A stretch of DNA of 43,252 nucleotides from NCBI GenBank assembly GCA_036788375.1, contig DAIQNM010000002.1, positions 1 through 43,252 of the forward strand, given 5' to 3'. The notes under the pieces are model-generated. The model was not told the origin of the DNA. It saw only the letters and a program-made list of their open reading frames with translations, and did no database searches. The position numbers and the translations under genes are program-made. Position 1 is the stretch's first letter, and each line of letters begins with the position of its first letter. Shown here piece after piece: positions 10,446 through 19,686 of this stretch. The DNA is from Cyanobium sp. CTOTU6536 (GTDB lineage Bacteria; Cyanobacteriota; Cyanobacteriia; PCC-6307; Cyanobiaceae).

Positions 10446-12017
10446 ATGCACCCTGCCAAGACCTGCGATCGGCCGGACAAGTTGGATCAGGTGCTTGGCA
10501 AGACATCCTTCCTCATCCACCCGGCCAAGGCATTGGGGGCCGGCCTGCTGCTTTGGATCCCCCTCGGCTTGCTCAGCGGCCGCTGGCTGGCGATGGCCTG
10601 GTGCTGCTGGTCGCTGGTGCTGTTGGCCACGGCGCTCTGGCTGGAACGTCCCTGGTTGAACCGCCTGCCCCTGCCGCCGATCACCGTGATCACCCTGGCC
10701 GGCACGATCCGCTGGGGCCTGGGGGCTGGCTTGCTCGTGGCGGCCGGCGACCGGGTGGCGCCAGACCTGAAGGGCTGGGCCCAGGCCGTAGAGCCGGCCC
10801 AGGCCCTCTGGGGCATCGTGTCCACCGCAATCGTGCTCGCCGGGTTGCTAAACAGACCCCTATTGCGACGCCTCGATCCCGCCCCGCTCAGTCAGGCGAT
10901 AGCCCGTCGCCTACCGCTACTCGTGCTGGTGGTGGGAATCTTCACCTGCTCCTACCTACTGGTTGGCATGGTCAGCGGCACCCTGGATCGAAGCAATGCC
11001 AACTATATTTTCTGGGTCACAAAGCTCTGGAGAGCGGATACGATTTTCGTTCCCTTCATGCGCTTGCGGGACGTCTTCCCCCTGCTGCTGCCGCTGGCGG
11101 TGCAAACCTGTTTGAGCCGAAGCGAAGGCCGCAACAACCAGGCCCAGGTCCCCCTGGCAGTTCTGCTGATCGCGATGGGTCTGCTCTCCCTCGTTCTGGG
11201 GGGCATGTCTGGTGGTAGGGCGCTGCTGATCTTTCCGCTTTTGCTGATGCTTTGCGGACTATGGATGACCAAGCTTTCACCCCAGCTGATCCGAGGCGGC
11301 GCCATCGCCTTGCTGACATTTAGCTTCGTGTTTATCCCTCTGATGGCCACCCTTCGGGATTCGCCCAGCTTCCAGGCCACCTCCTCCCAGAACCTGTTCG
11401 GCCGCGGAGCTGTTGTTGGCGAGGCCCTGATCCAAGCCAAGGCCAAATCGAGCTCGCTCGGACTGCTTGGCCGCGATCTCTTCCCCTCCAGCGATCCTTT
11501 TCTCTTCCACCCCCCCGGATCAGAACTGCCTGCGGCAGGCAACCAAGGACTGGGGGCACTTCTTTATCTTTGGATTCCCAAGCATCTCTATCCCAACCGG
11601 CCCGAAATCAACGACGGCCACCTGATCGCCAAGCAGGTGATGGGCAAGATGGACATCGGCGTGGTGGACGGCCAGCACGTGTGGTTTCCCAACGTGACCT
11701 TTGGCGGCGATCTCTACCGAAGGTATCGCTGGCCAGGCGTTGTCCTAGGCGCCGCAGGCTTCGGACTTTTCTATGCACTGATGGCGCGAATCTGGTATCA
11801 AACCGCTTCTTTATCCCAATCATTATTCTCCTTTCTACTGGCCATCTATCCAGCCAGCTTCATCGATGGCGTGCCGCTGCGCTCGCTTTCGGAAACCGTC
11901 TGGAATTGGTTTTGGGAGTTTCCCAAGTATCTTCTGGTCTTGCTGGTCTTGGGCTGGTTTGTCGAAGGTCTGTATAACTTGATCAGCCGCCGATCCGTCA
12001 GCGGTGTCGATGGCTGA
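10446..12017 (+). CDS. Polytopic membrane protein, putative Wzy-like polysaccharide polymerase
   Basis: About 10-12 hydrophobic segments, SGGR motif after a TM, large late periplasmic loop (WIPKHLYPNRP...TFGGDLY); adjacent to the flippase. Start is uncertain (TTG 10431 or ATG 10446). Confidence 0.65.
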   Translation: MHPAKTCDRPDKLDQVLGKTSFLIHPAKALGAGLLLWIPLGLLSGRWLAMAWCCWSLVLLATALWLERPWLNRLPLPPITVITLAGTIRWGLGAGLLVAAGDRVAPDLKGWAQAVEPAQALWGIVSTAIVLAGLLNRPLLRRLDPAPLSQAIARRLPLLVLVVGIFTCSYLLVGMVSGTLDRSNANYIFWVTKLWRADTIFVPFMRLRDVFPLLLPLAVQTCLSRSEGRNNQAQVPLAVLLIAMGLLSLVLGGMSGGRALLIFPLLLMLCGLWMTKLSPQLIRGGAIALLTFSFVFIPLMATLRDSPSFQATSSQNLFGRGAVVGEALIQAKAKSSSLGLLGRDLFPSSDPFLFHPPGSELPAAGNQGLGALLYLWIPKHLYPNRPEINDGHLIAKQVMGKMDIGVVDGQHVWFPNVTFGGDLYRRYRWPGVVLGAAGFGLFYALMARIWYQTASLSQSLFSFLLAIYPASFIDGVPLRSLSETVWNWFWEFPKYLLVLLVLGWFVEGLYNLISRRSVSGVDG

Positions 12018-13461
12018 AGCCAGCGAAGCAACAGCCACCACGCCCCCCCGATTGCGGACAGGTTTCCTGCACCTGCTGGGGGGATCGGTGCTGGGCCGGG
12101 GGCTCAGTTTCTTCGCCAACCTGCTGCTCAGCCGTGCCCTCGGTCCCGAGAACCTCGGCATCGTGAACCTCATCCTCAGCACCACCCAAACGGTGGAGAT
12201 GACGGTGCGCAGCGGCGTGGACTTTGGCCTCAGCTATGCCCTCACCGGCGAAGGAGCCTCCCTGCCGGAGCAGCGCCAGGGTGAAATCGCCCATGCAGCG
12301 CTGCGGGTGGTGCAGCTCAGCACCCTGATCGTGGGCCTGGCCGTGTGGCTTTGGGTGATGCCGGGCCGTGGCCTGCTGCCGACCCGCCTCCCCCTGCCAA
12401 GGAGCTGGCTGATCACCCTGTTGCTGGTGATCTGCAGCCTGGAAAGTCTTGGAACCGTGCAGTGGGATCTGCTGCTCATCCGTGGGCAAACCGGTGCCCT
12501 TGCCCTGCGCCAGGGCCTCTTCGCCCCCCTGAAGATCGTGGCGGCTTGGCTGGGGTCCTTGCTCTCAGGCCTGGCCGGTGCCCTCGGGGGCTATGCCCTC
12601 GCCGTGGCGGCCCAGGCCCTCTGGCTCTGGCGCATCGGCCGCGACATGCTGCCCTGGCCACCGCAGCGTCACTTCGAGGCAGCCACCGCCCTTGACCTGG
12701 TGCGGGTGGGCACGCCCCAGTACCTCACCAACGTGCTCGCCACCCTGGTTTTTCTGCCGCTGCTCGCTGGCGTGGCCAAGGGCGCGGGCCTCGCCGATGT
12801 GGGCTATCTGCGGGTGGGCCAGATTCTGGTGCAGCTGTTCACCCTGCTGCCGGGCGCCCTGGTTCCCGTGTTGTTTGTGCAGCTGCGGGCCGGAAATGGC
12901 TTCCAGGAAAGGATGAGGGGTACGGAACGATCCCTGCGGGCTCTCTGGTGGACCGCCCTGGTGTGTTTGGTGGTCTTCCTGCTGGTCGACCGCTGGGTGC
13001 TGACCCTCTTCTTCGGCCCTGCCTTCCTGCCCGCTCTGCAGGCCACCCGGGTTTTGGTGCTGGGGGCGATCGGGGAATCGATCGGCCAATTGCTGCACCA
13101 ACCGCTGCTGGCCTCCCGGCGGATGCGGCTGTTTTTGGTGGCCCAGAACGGCGGAGCCCTGCTGGCCGCCTTGGCCGGTGCCCTGCTGATCCCCCGGATC
13201 GGCGCCGCGGGCTTCCTGGCCTCAAAACTGATCTACGGCCTGGTGCCGATGCTGATGTATTTCGCTGCAGCCCGGCCGGAATTCGTGAACCCTGCTCCCC
13301 TCATCCGCCTCTTGCTGCTGAGCCTGGCGCTGATTCCGATCTGCTGGCTGCCGTCGGGCGGGATCCAGCCGAGCCCCACGGAGGTGGTGGTGGTGGTGGT
13401 GGCCCTCGCGGTGCTGGCCTTCGACGGCGGTTCGCTGCTGCGCGGACTGCGGAGCCGCTGA
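12010..13461 (+). CDS. Wzx-like (MOP/PST family) oligosaccharide flippase
   Basis: N-terminal LLLSRALGPENLG (R.LGP..G) motif, VGY in the second half, FGPAFLPA; roughly 12-14 TM segments. Confidence 0.85.
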   Translation: MAEASEATATTPPRLRTGFLHLLGGSVLGRGLSFFANLLLSRALGPENLGIVNLILSTTQTVEMTVRSGVDFGLSYALTGEGASLPEQRQGEIAHAALRVVQLSTLIVGLAVWLWVMPGRGLLPTRLPLPRSWLITLLLVICSLESLGTVQWDLLLIRGQTGALALRQGLFAPLKIVAAWLGSLLSGLAGALGGYALAVAAQALWLWRIGRDMLPWPPQRHFEAATALDLVRVGTPQYLTNVLATLVFLPLLAGVAKGAGLADVGYLRVGQILVQLFTLLPGALVPVLFVQLRAGNGFQERMRGTERSLRALWWTALVCLVVFLLVDRWVLTLFFGPAFLPALQATRVLVLGAIGESIGQLLHQPLLASRRMRLFLVAQNGGALLAALAGALLIPRIGAAGFLASKLIYGLVPMLMYFAAARPEFVNPAPLIRLLLLSLALIPICWLPSGGIQPSPTEVVVVVVALAVLAFDGGSLLRGLRSR

Positions 13462-14645
13462 TGCGCATCCTTCACTTCATGCCGGTCTATGCCCCTGCCT
13501 GGCAGTACGGCGGCCCGGTGCTGAGCGTGAGTCGTCTGGCCGAAGGATTGGTCAAGCAAGGGATCGACGCCCGGGTCCTCACGACCAACGCCGGCCTGCC
13601 CCAGCTGCCGCCGGAGCAACTCGGCCGGCCCCTGCTCCGCAATGGTGTGGAGGTGACCTACCACCCGGTGAATCGCCCCAACGGCCCCATCGGCTCCAAG
13701 GTGTTACTGGCGGGGCTACCGGCAGCCCTGGAGGGGGTGGATCTCCTGCACATCAGCGCCATCTGGCAACCCTTGGGCATTCCGGTGCAACGGGCAGCCC
13801 TGGCCCGCGGCATTCCCGTTCTCGCCAGCCTGCGGGGAGCCCTCGGCCCCTATTCCCTCCGGCAGGGCTGGTGGAAAAAACTCCCTTGGTACCTCTGGAG
13901 AGAGCGCCCCTTGCTGCAACGGGCGGCCGGGCTGCATGTGACCACGAGGCAGGAAGAACAGGAACTGGCTGGCCTAGGCCTGCACGCGCCGCGCTTTCTG
14001 TTGCCCAATCCCCTTGACCTGCAAACCCTGCGGCCCGATCCAGCGCTGGGACTGCGCTGGCGGGAGCAACGGGGCCTCGACGCCACTACACCCCTGCTGC
14101 TGGTCTGCGGCCGCCAACACCACAAGAAGGGGCTCGACCTGCTGCCCGCCGCGCTGGTGCCCCTCGCCAACAGGCCCTGGACATTGCTGCTGGTGGGAGG
14201 TGATGACGACGGCAGCGGCGCCCGACTGCGGGCCCACTTCCAACGGGCCGGCCTGGGTAAGCGGCTGCACTGGATCGACACCCTCCCGGCCGGGGAACTC
14301 GCCGGGGTTTACAACGCCGCCGATCTCTTGCTGCTGCCCAGTCGCCATGAAAACTTCGGCAATGTGGTGGTCGAGGCCTTGGCCTGTGGCACGGCGGTCC
14401 TGATCAGCGATCGCACCGGCCTGGCCGCCGATCTGGTTGAAGCGGGCTTCGGCACCGTGCTGCCGCGTCAGAGCAAACGCTGGTGCAGCTGGTTGGAGCA
14501 ATGGCTCCGCCAACCCCAGCGGGCTGAACCCGGGGCCGCAGCATGGGCAGCCAAGCGTTACGACCAGGCCGCGGTGGCCGCGATGGCCGTGGAGATCTAT
14601 GCGCGGATCCTGCAGACTCATGGCCAGCGGCGCTGCCGCCCCTGA
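13461..14645 (+). CDS. GT4 family glycosyltransferase
   Basis: MRILHFMPVYAPAWQYGGP start coupled to the flippase stop (TGATG); GRQHHKKG and LPSRHENFGNVVVEALACG motifs. Confidence 0.92.
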   Translation: MRILHFMPVYAPAWQYGGPVLSVSRLAEGLVKQGIDARVLTTNAGLPQLPPEQLGRPLLRNGVEVTYHPVNRPNGPIGSKVLLAGLPAALEGVDLLHISAIWQPLGIPVQRAALARGIPVLASLRGALGPYSLRQGWWKKLPWYLWRERPLLQRAAGLHVTTRQEEQELAGLGLHAPRFLLPNPLDLQTLRPDPALGLRWREQRGLDATTPLLLVCGRQHHKKGLDLLPAALVPLANRPWTLLLVGGDDDGSGARLRAHFQRAGLGKRLHWIDTLPAGELAGVYNAADLLLLPSRHENFGNVVVEALACGTAVLISDRTGLAADLVEAGFGTVLPRQSKRWCSWLEQWLRQPQRAEPGAAAWAAKRYDQAAVAAMAVEIYARILQTHGQRRCRP

Positions 14646-14663
14646 ACGCCTCCAACCCCGACC

Positions 14664-15527
14664 CTGAAACCCGATACCCCCAGCCTTGCCGCCGTTGTGC
14701 TTTGCCTCAACGAGGCCCCGAATCTGCCCCGCTGTCTTCAGTCCCTGGCCTGGTGTGACGAAGGCTTGGTGGTCGATTCAGGCAGTCAGGATGGCAGCAG
14801 GGAGGTGGCCCGCCGCCATGGATTCAGGGTGCTGGAGCATCGCCAACCGGGTCGCTTCCTGATCACCGAGCAACGCAACTGGGCCCTGACGCAGGCTGGA
14901 CTGCGCAGCGATTGGGTGCTGTTCCTGGACGCCGATGAAACGGTGGGCCCTGCGTGTGTTCTGGCCATCCAGCAGGCCCTGCGAGAGGCCGCAGCCGCCG
15001 AGGCCACGGAGCAGCCAAGTCCTGAAGGATTCGAACTGACCCCGCGGTACTGGTTCCTCGGGCGCTGGCTGCGCCGCACCCAGGGCTATCCCAACTGGCA
15101 CCCAAGGCTGGTGCGACGGGGACGGATGGGCTTCGAGGGAGGGGTATGGGAAAGCTTTCCCTCCGGCCGCCTGGTGGGACGCATCGCCGAGCCCTACGAG
15201 CACTACGCCTTCAGCAAGGGCATCGACGACTGGCTGGAGCGCCACCGACGCTATGCCGACTGGGAAGCCGAACGGATCGTGGCCTACTTGGATGGCGCCG
15301 GCGACGGTGCCCTGGGCACCCGGCGCTGGCTGAAGTTGCGCCGAATAGCCGCCCAACTCTGGCCGCTGCGTCCCCTGCTGCGGTTCTGCCAGAAATACGT
15401 GCTTCAGGGTGGCTTTCTGGAGGGCTGGCAGGGTCTGTTGTTCAGCCTGCTGATGGCTGGGTACGACCTGATCACGGTGGTGAAGGTGATTGAGTGGCGA
15501 CGGCGTGAGCGGGGGCTCCCCCTGTGA
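14664..15527 (+). CDS. GT2 family glycosyltransferase (WaaE/KdtX-like); start codon anomalous
   Basis: CLNEAPNL, VVDSGSQD, QRNWAL and FLDADE motifs. The first beta strand (SLAAVVL) begins upstream of the first canonical start (GTG 14697); the CTG at 14664 is used here. Confidence 0.85.
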   Translation: MKPDTPSLAAVVLCLNEAPNLPRCLQSLAWCDEGLVVDSGSQDGSREVARRHGFRVLEHRQPGRFLITEQRNWALTQAGLRSDWVLFLDADETVGPACVLAIQQALREAAAAEATEQPSPEGFELTPRYWFLGRWLRRTQGYPNWHPRLVRRGRMGFEGGVWESFPSGRLVGRIAEPYEHYAFSKGIDDWLERHRRYADWEAERIVAYLDGAGDGALGTRRWLKLRRIAAQLWPLRPLLRFCQKYVLQGGFLEGWQGLLFSLLMAGYDLITVVKVIEWRRRERGLPL

Positions 15528-16813
15528 AATCCATGCGGTTTCGAAGCATGCAAGCGGCAGCGGTTCGTGCTGCAGAAGCAGACCCATCGGCAAGGGGTCA
15601 GGTTGGTCGAATGCTGTTGATCAGCGAACACTTCGCACCCAGCACCGGCGCCACCGCCCAACTGATGACCGACCTGGCCCGGGGCCTGGCAGGGCGCGGC
15701 TGGGCGATCACGGTGCTCACCGCCACACCGGGCTCGCCCATGCCCTTTCCGGTGGTTCGCCTGGGTGGTGCCATCGAAGGGAGTAGCACCAGGAGCGTGG
15801 TCCAGAAAGCCCTTCGCGGTTTGCGTTTCCTCGTGGGTTCGCTGGTCTGGAGCCTGCAGCATGGACGCCAAGGCGATGTGGTTCTGATCGTTTCGAACCC
15901 ACCCTTCATCGGGCTGCTGGGGCCATGGATCCGGTTGATGCGGGGACTGCCCTATGTCTTCGTCTTTCAGGACCTTTTCCCCCGCTCCGCCGTCCTCAGC
16001 GGTGTGCTTCCAGCAGCCGGGCCGATCACCGTGCTGTGGCGCGGCCTGATGGCCGAGGTGTGCCGCCGCAGCAACCGCACGGTGGTGCTTAGCCAGGCCA
16101 TGGAGGATCGGCTGCGGCGAGACCTCGGCAACGACCTGCCGCTCAGCGTGATCCACAACTGGGCCGTGGAACAGGGTCTCGATATCCCCCGGGCCGTCAA
16201 TCCCTTCGCCATCGAACACGGCTTTGCCCACCGTTTCACCTTGCAATATTCCGGCAATTTCGGCCGCCTCCACGACCTGCTCACCCTCCTGGAGGCAGCC
16301 CGGGTGCTGGAGCACGACCCGGTGCAGTTCGTGTTCATCGGCGGCGGCGCCAAACAGTGCCAGATCGACGCCTATGCCAGCAGCTTTGCCATGCCCCATG
16401 TCTTGCGGCTGCCCTATCAACCCCGGGAGCGGCTGCCCCTCAGCCTCGCCGCCTGCGACATGGCCGCCATCGGTCTGATGGTGGGAGCCGAGGACACGGT
16501 GGCGCCATGCAAGTTCTACGGAATCCTGGCCAGCGGCCGGGGGGTCGTGCTGATCGCCAGGCGGACCTGTGATCTGGCCCAACTGGTGCTGGCCGAAGGT
16601 TGCGGCATCGTGGTGGAACCCGGAGAGGCCACCGAACTGGCGGATCGGCTCCTGGCCCTGGCGGGCGATCCAGCCAGCGTGATGGCGATGGGACACAACA
16701 GCCGGCGGCTCTACGACCGCCAATTCGGTCTGGAGCGTTCGTTGGAGCATTACGCCCACCTGCTGAAGGGGGTGGGATCAGCCGCCCCGCCAGGCCAGAA
16801 CCGCCGGCCATGA
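15524..16813 (+). CDS. GT4 family glycosyltransferase (WcaI/WbuB-like)
   Basis: ISEHFAP, SNPP, QDLFP, IHNWA, YSGNFGRLH and PCKFYGILASG motifs; GTGA overlap; alternative ATG starts up to 15611. Confidence 0.9.
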   Translation: MKSMRFRSMQAAAVRAAEADPSARGQVGRMLLISEHFAPSTGATAQLMTDLARGLAGRGWAITVLTATPGSPMPFPVVRLGGAIEGSSTRSVVQKALRGLRFLVGSLVWSLQHGRQGDVVLIVSNPPFIGLLGPWIRLMRGLPYVFVFQDLFPRSAVLSGVLPAAGPITVLWRGLMAEVCRRSNRTVVLSQAMEDRLRRDLGNDLPLSVIHNWAVEQGLDIPRAVNPFAIEHGFAHRFTLQYSGNFGRLHDLLTLLEAARVLEHDPVQFVFIGGGAKQCQIDAYASSFAMPHVLRLPYQPRERLPLSLAACDMAAIGLMVGAEDTVAPCKFYGILASGRGVVLIARRTCDLAQLVLAEGCGIVVEPGEATELADRLLALAGDPASVMAMGHNSRRLYDRQFGLERSLEHYAHLLKGVGSAAPPGQNRRP

Positions 16814-17919
16814 TCCTGCTGATCGGCTACGACGTCAGCCGTCGGGGGGGCATTGAGCGCCTCACCCTCCAGGTGAAAATGGCCCTGGAAGACCAGGGCC
16901 ACGACGTGCTGCTGCTCTGCCCTCGCAAGCTGGGGCCTGGGGGGCTGGGGCGTTGGCTGGGCCGGGGGCGTTTCCTGCTGGCCCTCTGCCTCTCGCTGCC
17001 AAAGGCCAACACGGTGCTGAGCATGCACGCCCTCCTGCTGGCGCCGCTGCGGTGGCTCGCGCCGCTGATGGCGGTAGCGAGCCGCGTCGGGGGGCCGGTC
17101 CGTCGCCAACGCCGCTTCTGCTGGCTGCATGGCCTTGAGGTCTGGGGCGATGCCCTGGCTCCGGTGGGCGCCGACCTGAAACGTTGCGACGGCCTCCTGG
17201 CCAGCAGCCGATTCAGCCGGGACCGGGTGCGCGAGCAACCCGGCCCCTGGCCCCCGATGGCGGTGGTCCACCCGATGGCCGACCTGATCGATGCCCACCA
17301 AGCGCCCCTGCCCTTGCCTGTGGCGCCGATCCTGCTGACGGTGGCCCGGATGGTGCGAGAGGAGCGCTACAAGGGTCATCGCCTCGTGCTGGCCGCCCTG
17401 GAGATCCTGCGCCAACGGCAGCACCTCCCCGCCAACCTCCGCTGGCAGGTGATCGGCGATGGGGATGACCGGGGCGCCCTTGAGGAGGAGACCCAGGCCA
17501 AGGGTCTGGCCCCCTGGGTGCAGTTCCTGGGGGGGGTTGATGATTGGGAGCTCGAGCAACAACTTCGCCACTGCAGCCTGCTGGTTCTTCCCAGTGCCTA
17601 TGCGGCGGTGCCGGGAAGCCGCGCCGAAGGGGAGGGCTTCGGCATTGTCTATTTGGAGGCTGCCCAGGCGGGTCGGGCTTCGATCGGCTGCCGCCAAGGT
17701 GGGCAGAGCGATTTGATTGTGGATGGCACGACGGGCTGGCTGATCGACCCCGATCCCGAAGCGCTGGCAAACTGCCTAACCGGGGTCTTTGCCGATCCCG
17801 AAACCCTCAGCCGCTGCGGCGAGCGGGCCCGGCAACGGGCCTTGGCTTGCTTCGGCAAGGACCGTTTCAGCGACAGCTTGTTGGCAGCCCTCCAGCTCCA
17901 AGCACCCGGGGAGGCCTGA
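16810..17919 (+). CDS. GT4 family glycosyltransferase
   Basis: ATG at 16810 (ATGA overlap); GGIER, HGLEVW, TVARM...YKGH and EGFGIVYLEAAQAG motifs. Confidence 0.9.
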   Translation: MILLIGYDVSRRGGIERLTLQVKMALEDQGHDVLLLCPRKLGPGGLGRWLGRGRFLLALCLSLPKANTVLSMHALLLAPLRWLAPLMAVASRVGGPVRRQRRFCWLHGLEVWGDALAPVGADLKRCDGLLASSRFSRDRVREQPGPWPPMAVVHPMADLIDAHQAPLPLPVAPILLTVARMVREERYKGHRLVLAALEILRQRQHLPANLRWQVIGDGDDRGALEEETQAKGLAPWVQFLGGVDDWELEQQLRHCSLLVLPSAYAAVPGSRAEGEGFGIVYLEAAQAGRASIGCRQGGQSDLIVDGTTGWLIDPDPEALANCLTGVFADPETLSRCGERARQRALACFGKDRFSDSLLAALQLQAPGEA

Positions 17920-17922
17920 ACC

Positions 17923-19686
17923 ATGTGCGGTCTGTTCGGCAGCGTGGGGCTGGGGGATCTGCCCGAGGCGGCCATCCTGGAGGCCCTTCGGGGGAGGGGC
18001 CCCGATGACCGGGGCCGCTGGCAAGGCGGGCCGGCGCTGCTCCTCCATACCCGCCTGGCGATCCAGGATCTCTCCCCCCTGGGCCACCAACCGATGCTGA
18101 GCGACAACGGCGCCCTGGCGCTGGTGTTCAACGGCGAGATCTACAACCAGCAGGAGCTGCGGCTTGCCCTGGAGGCCGAAGGGGAGCAATTCCGCTCCCG
18201 CAGCGACACCGAAGTGCTGCTGCGCGGTTTCCAGCGATGGAACCACGACCTTTGGGGCCGCTTGAATGGCATTTTTGCGGTGGCCTGCTGGGAGATGGAG
18301 GCGCAGCGCCTCACCCTGGCCCGCGACGGCTTCGGGGTGAAACCGCTGCTGTGGAAACGGGAGATCCGCGGCTGCGCCTTTGGTTCCGAGCTCAGCGCCT
18401 TTGAAGCTGCCGGCTTAGCGAGTCGGCAACACCTTTCCACTGCAGCGCTGGAGAGCTATGCCCTATGGGGCGCCGTGGCCGCGCCCCTCACCCTGCTTTC
18501 GGGGGTGGAGGTGTTTCCCGCCGGCCATTGGGGCCAGTGGAACCCGGGGGGCTCCTGGACTCTCCACAGCTTTGCCGACCCACTCCCCCCCCTGAAGGCG
18601 GGCCCTCCTGCGGATGACATCCCTGCGTGGAACGACCCGGCGGCCCAGGTGGGAATCACCCTGCAGCGGGCCGTGGAACGCCAGGCGATCGGCGATGTGC
18701 CGGTGGGTCTTTTCCTCAGCGGCGGTCTCGATTCCGGCCTGCTGGCCGCCTGTCTGCGCCGCAGCCAGAGCGGCCCGATCCGCAGTGTTGCCGTGGGCTT
18801 CGATGGGTTGCCGGGGGCCGTCGATGAAACCGATCTGGCCTCGCTCACCGCCCAGCATCTCGGCCTCGAGCACCAGACCCTCCGCATCGGCAAGCCCCAA
18901 CTCGAGGCGGCCTTCGATGGTTTTCTGGAGGCCATCGACCAGCCCAGCATCGATGGCTTCAACAGCTACCTGGTCGCCGCTGCCGCCAGCGCAGGGGGGA
19001 TGCGGGTGGCCTTCTCCGGCCTGGGGGCCGATGAACTGTTCGGTGGTTACGGCCACATGGTGGGGCTGGATCGGAATCGGTTGCTGCGGGTGCGGCAGAT
19101 CCGCGCTGCAGGTCTGACCCGCTGGCGGCGACGACAACTGCGGGAGGGGAGGGGGCGATTGCTGCCCGCAGATCAACGCATGATGGCCGCCGGTCTGCCT
19201 AGTCGGGCCGATCCATCTGGGGGGATCGTGCCCCTGCGGGCCGCCAGCCTGCTGGAGTTGCGCGGCTACCTGCACGACACCCTGCTGCGGGACGGCGACG
19301 CCGTCACGATGCACCATGGCCTCGAATTGCGGGTGCCCTTCCTGGATCCTGAACTGGCAGCCCTCGCTTTAAGCCTGGATGAGACGCAACACCAGCAAGG
19401 GGGCCCCAAAGGATTGCTGCGGCAGGTCGCCGCACCCCTGCTACCAGCCGCTGTGCTGGCCAGCCCGAAACGGGGCTTCAATCTGGCCCTGGCGCCCTGG
19501 CTGCTGAACCATCCGCGCTTCGCCCCAGGGCGGATCAGTCGGCTGCTCAGCTGGGAACTGAAACGACGCGACCAACGGGATCCCAAACTGGCCGTAGCCG
19601 CAAGCTGGCTGCTGCTGCGGGCCACAAACCGCTGGGGTTCCTACTGGCGCTGGGTGGTTCTGGCCGAATGGCTCCAACGGGAGTAG
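17923..19686 (+). CDS. asnB: Asparagine synthase (glutamine-hydrolysing) family amidotransferase, probably polysaccharide-amidating
   Basis: N-terminal MCG (Ntn Cys), RGPD, FNGEIYN, SDTE, LSGGLDS, GADELFGGY and LRVPFLD motifs. Confidence 0.92.
   Translation: MCGLFGSVGLGDLPEAAILEALRGRGPDDRGRWQGGPALLLHTRLAIQDLSPLGHQPMLSDNGALALVFNGEIYNQQELRLALEAEGEQFRSRSDTEVLLRGFQRWNHDLWGRLNGIFAVACWEMEAQRLTLARDGFGVKPLLWKREIRGCAFGSELSAFEAAGLASRQHLSTAALESYALWGAVAAPLTLLSGVEVFPAGHWGQWNPGGSWTLHSFADPLPPLKAGPPADDIPAWNDPAAQVGITLQRAVERQAIGDVPVGLFLSGGLDSGLLAACLRRSQSGPIRSVAVGFDGLPGAVDETDLASLTAQHLGLEHQTLRIGKPQLEAAFDGFLEAIDQPSIDGFNSYLVAAAASAGGMRVAFSGLGADELFGGYGHMVGLDRNRLLRVRQIRAAGLTRWRRRQLREGRGRLLPADQRMMAAGLPSRADPSGGIVPLRAASLLELRGYLHDTLLRDGDAVTMHHGLELRVPFLDPELAALALSLDETQHQQGGPKGLLRQVAAPLLPAAVLASPKRGFNLALAPWLLNHPRFAPGRISRLLSWELKRRDQRDPKLAVAASWLLLRATNRWGSYWRWVVLAEWLQRE

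Noticed and set aside
13384..13401. (GTG)6 trinucleotide run
   Set aside because: Encodes Val6 in the last TM helix of the flippase; in frame and unremarkable.
14643..14645. Selenocysteine recoding of the in-frame TGA between the GT4 and GT2 genes
   Set aside because: No SECIS-like hairpin is visible downstream and the position is a linker, not a catalytic Cys site.
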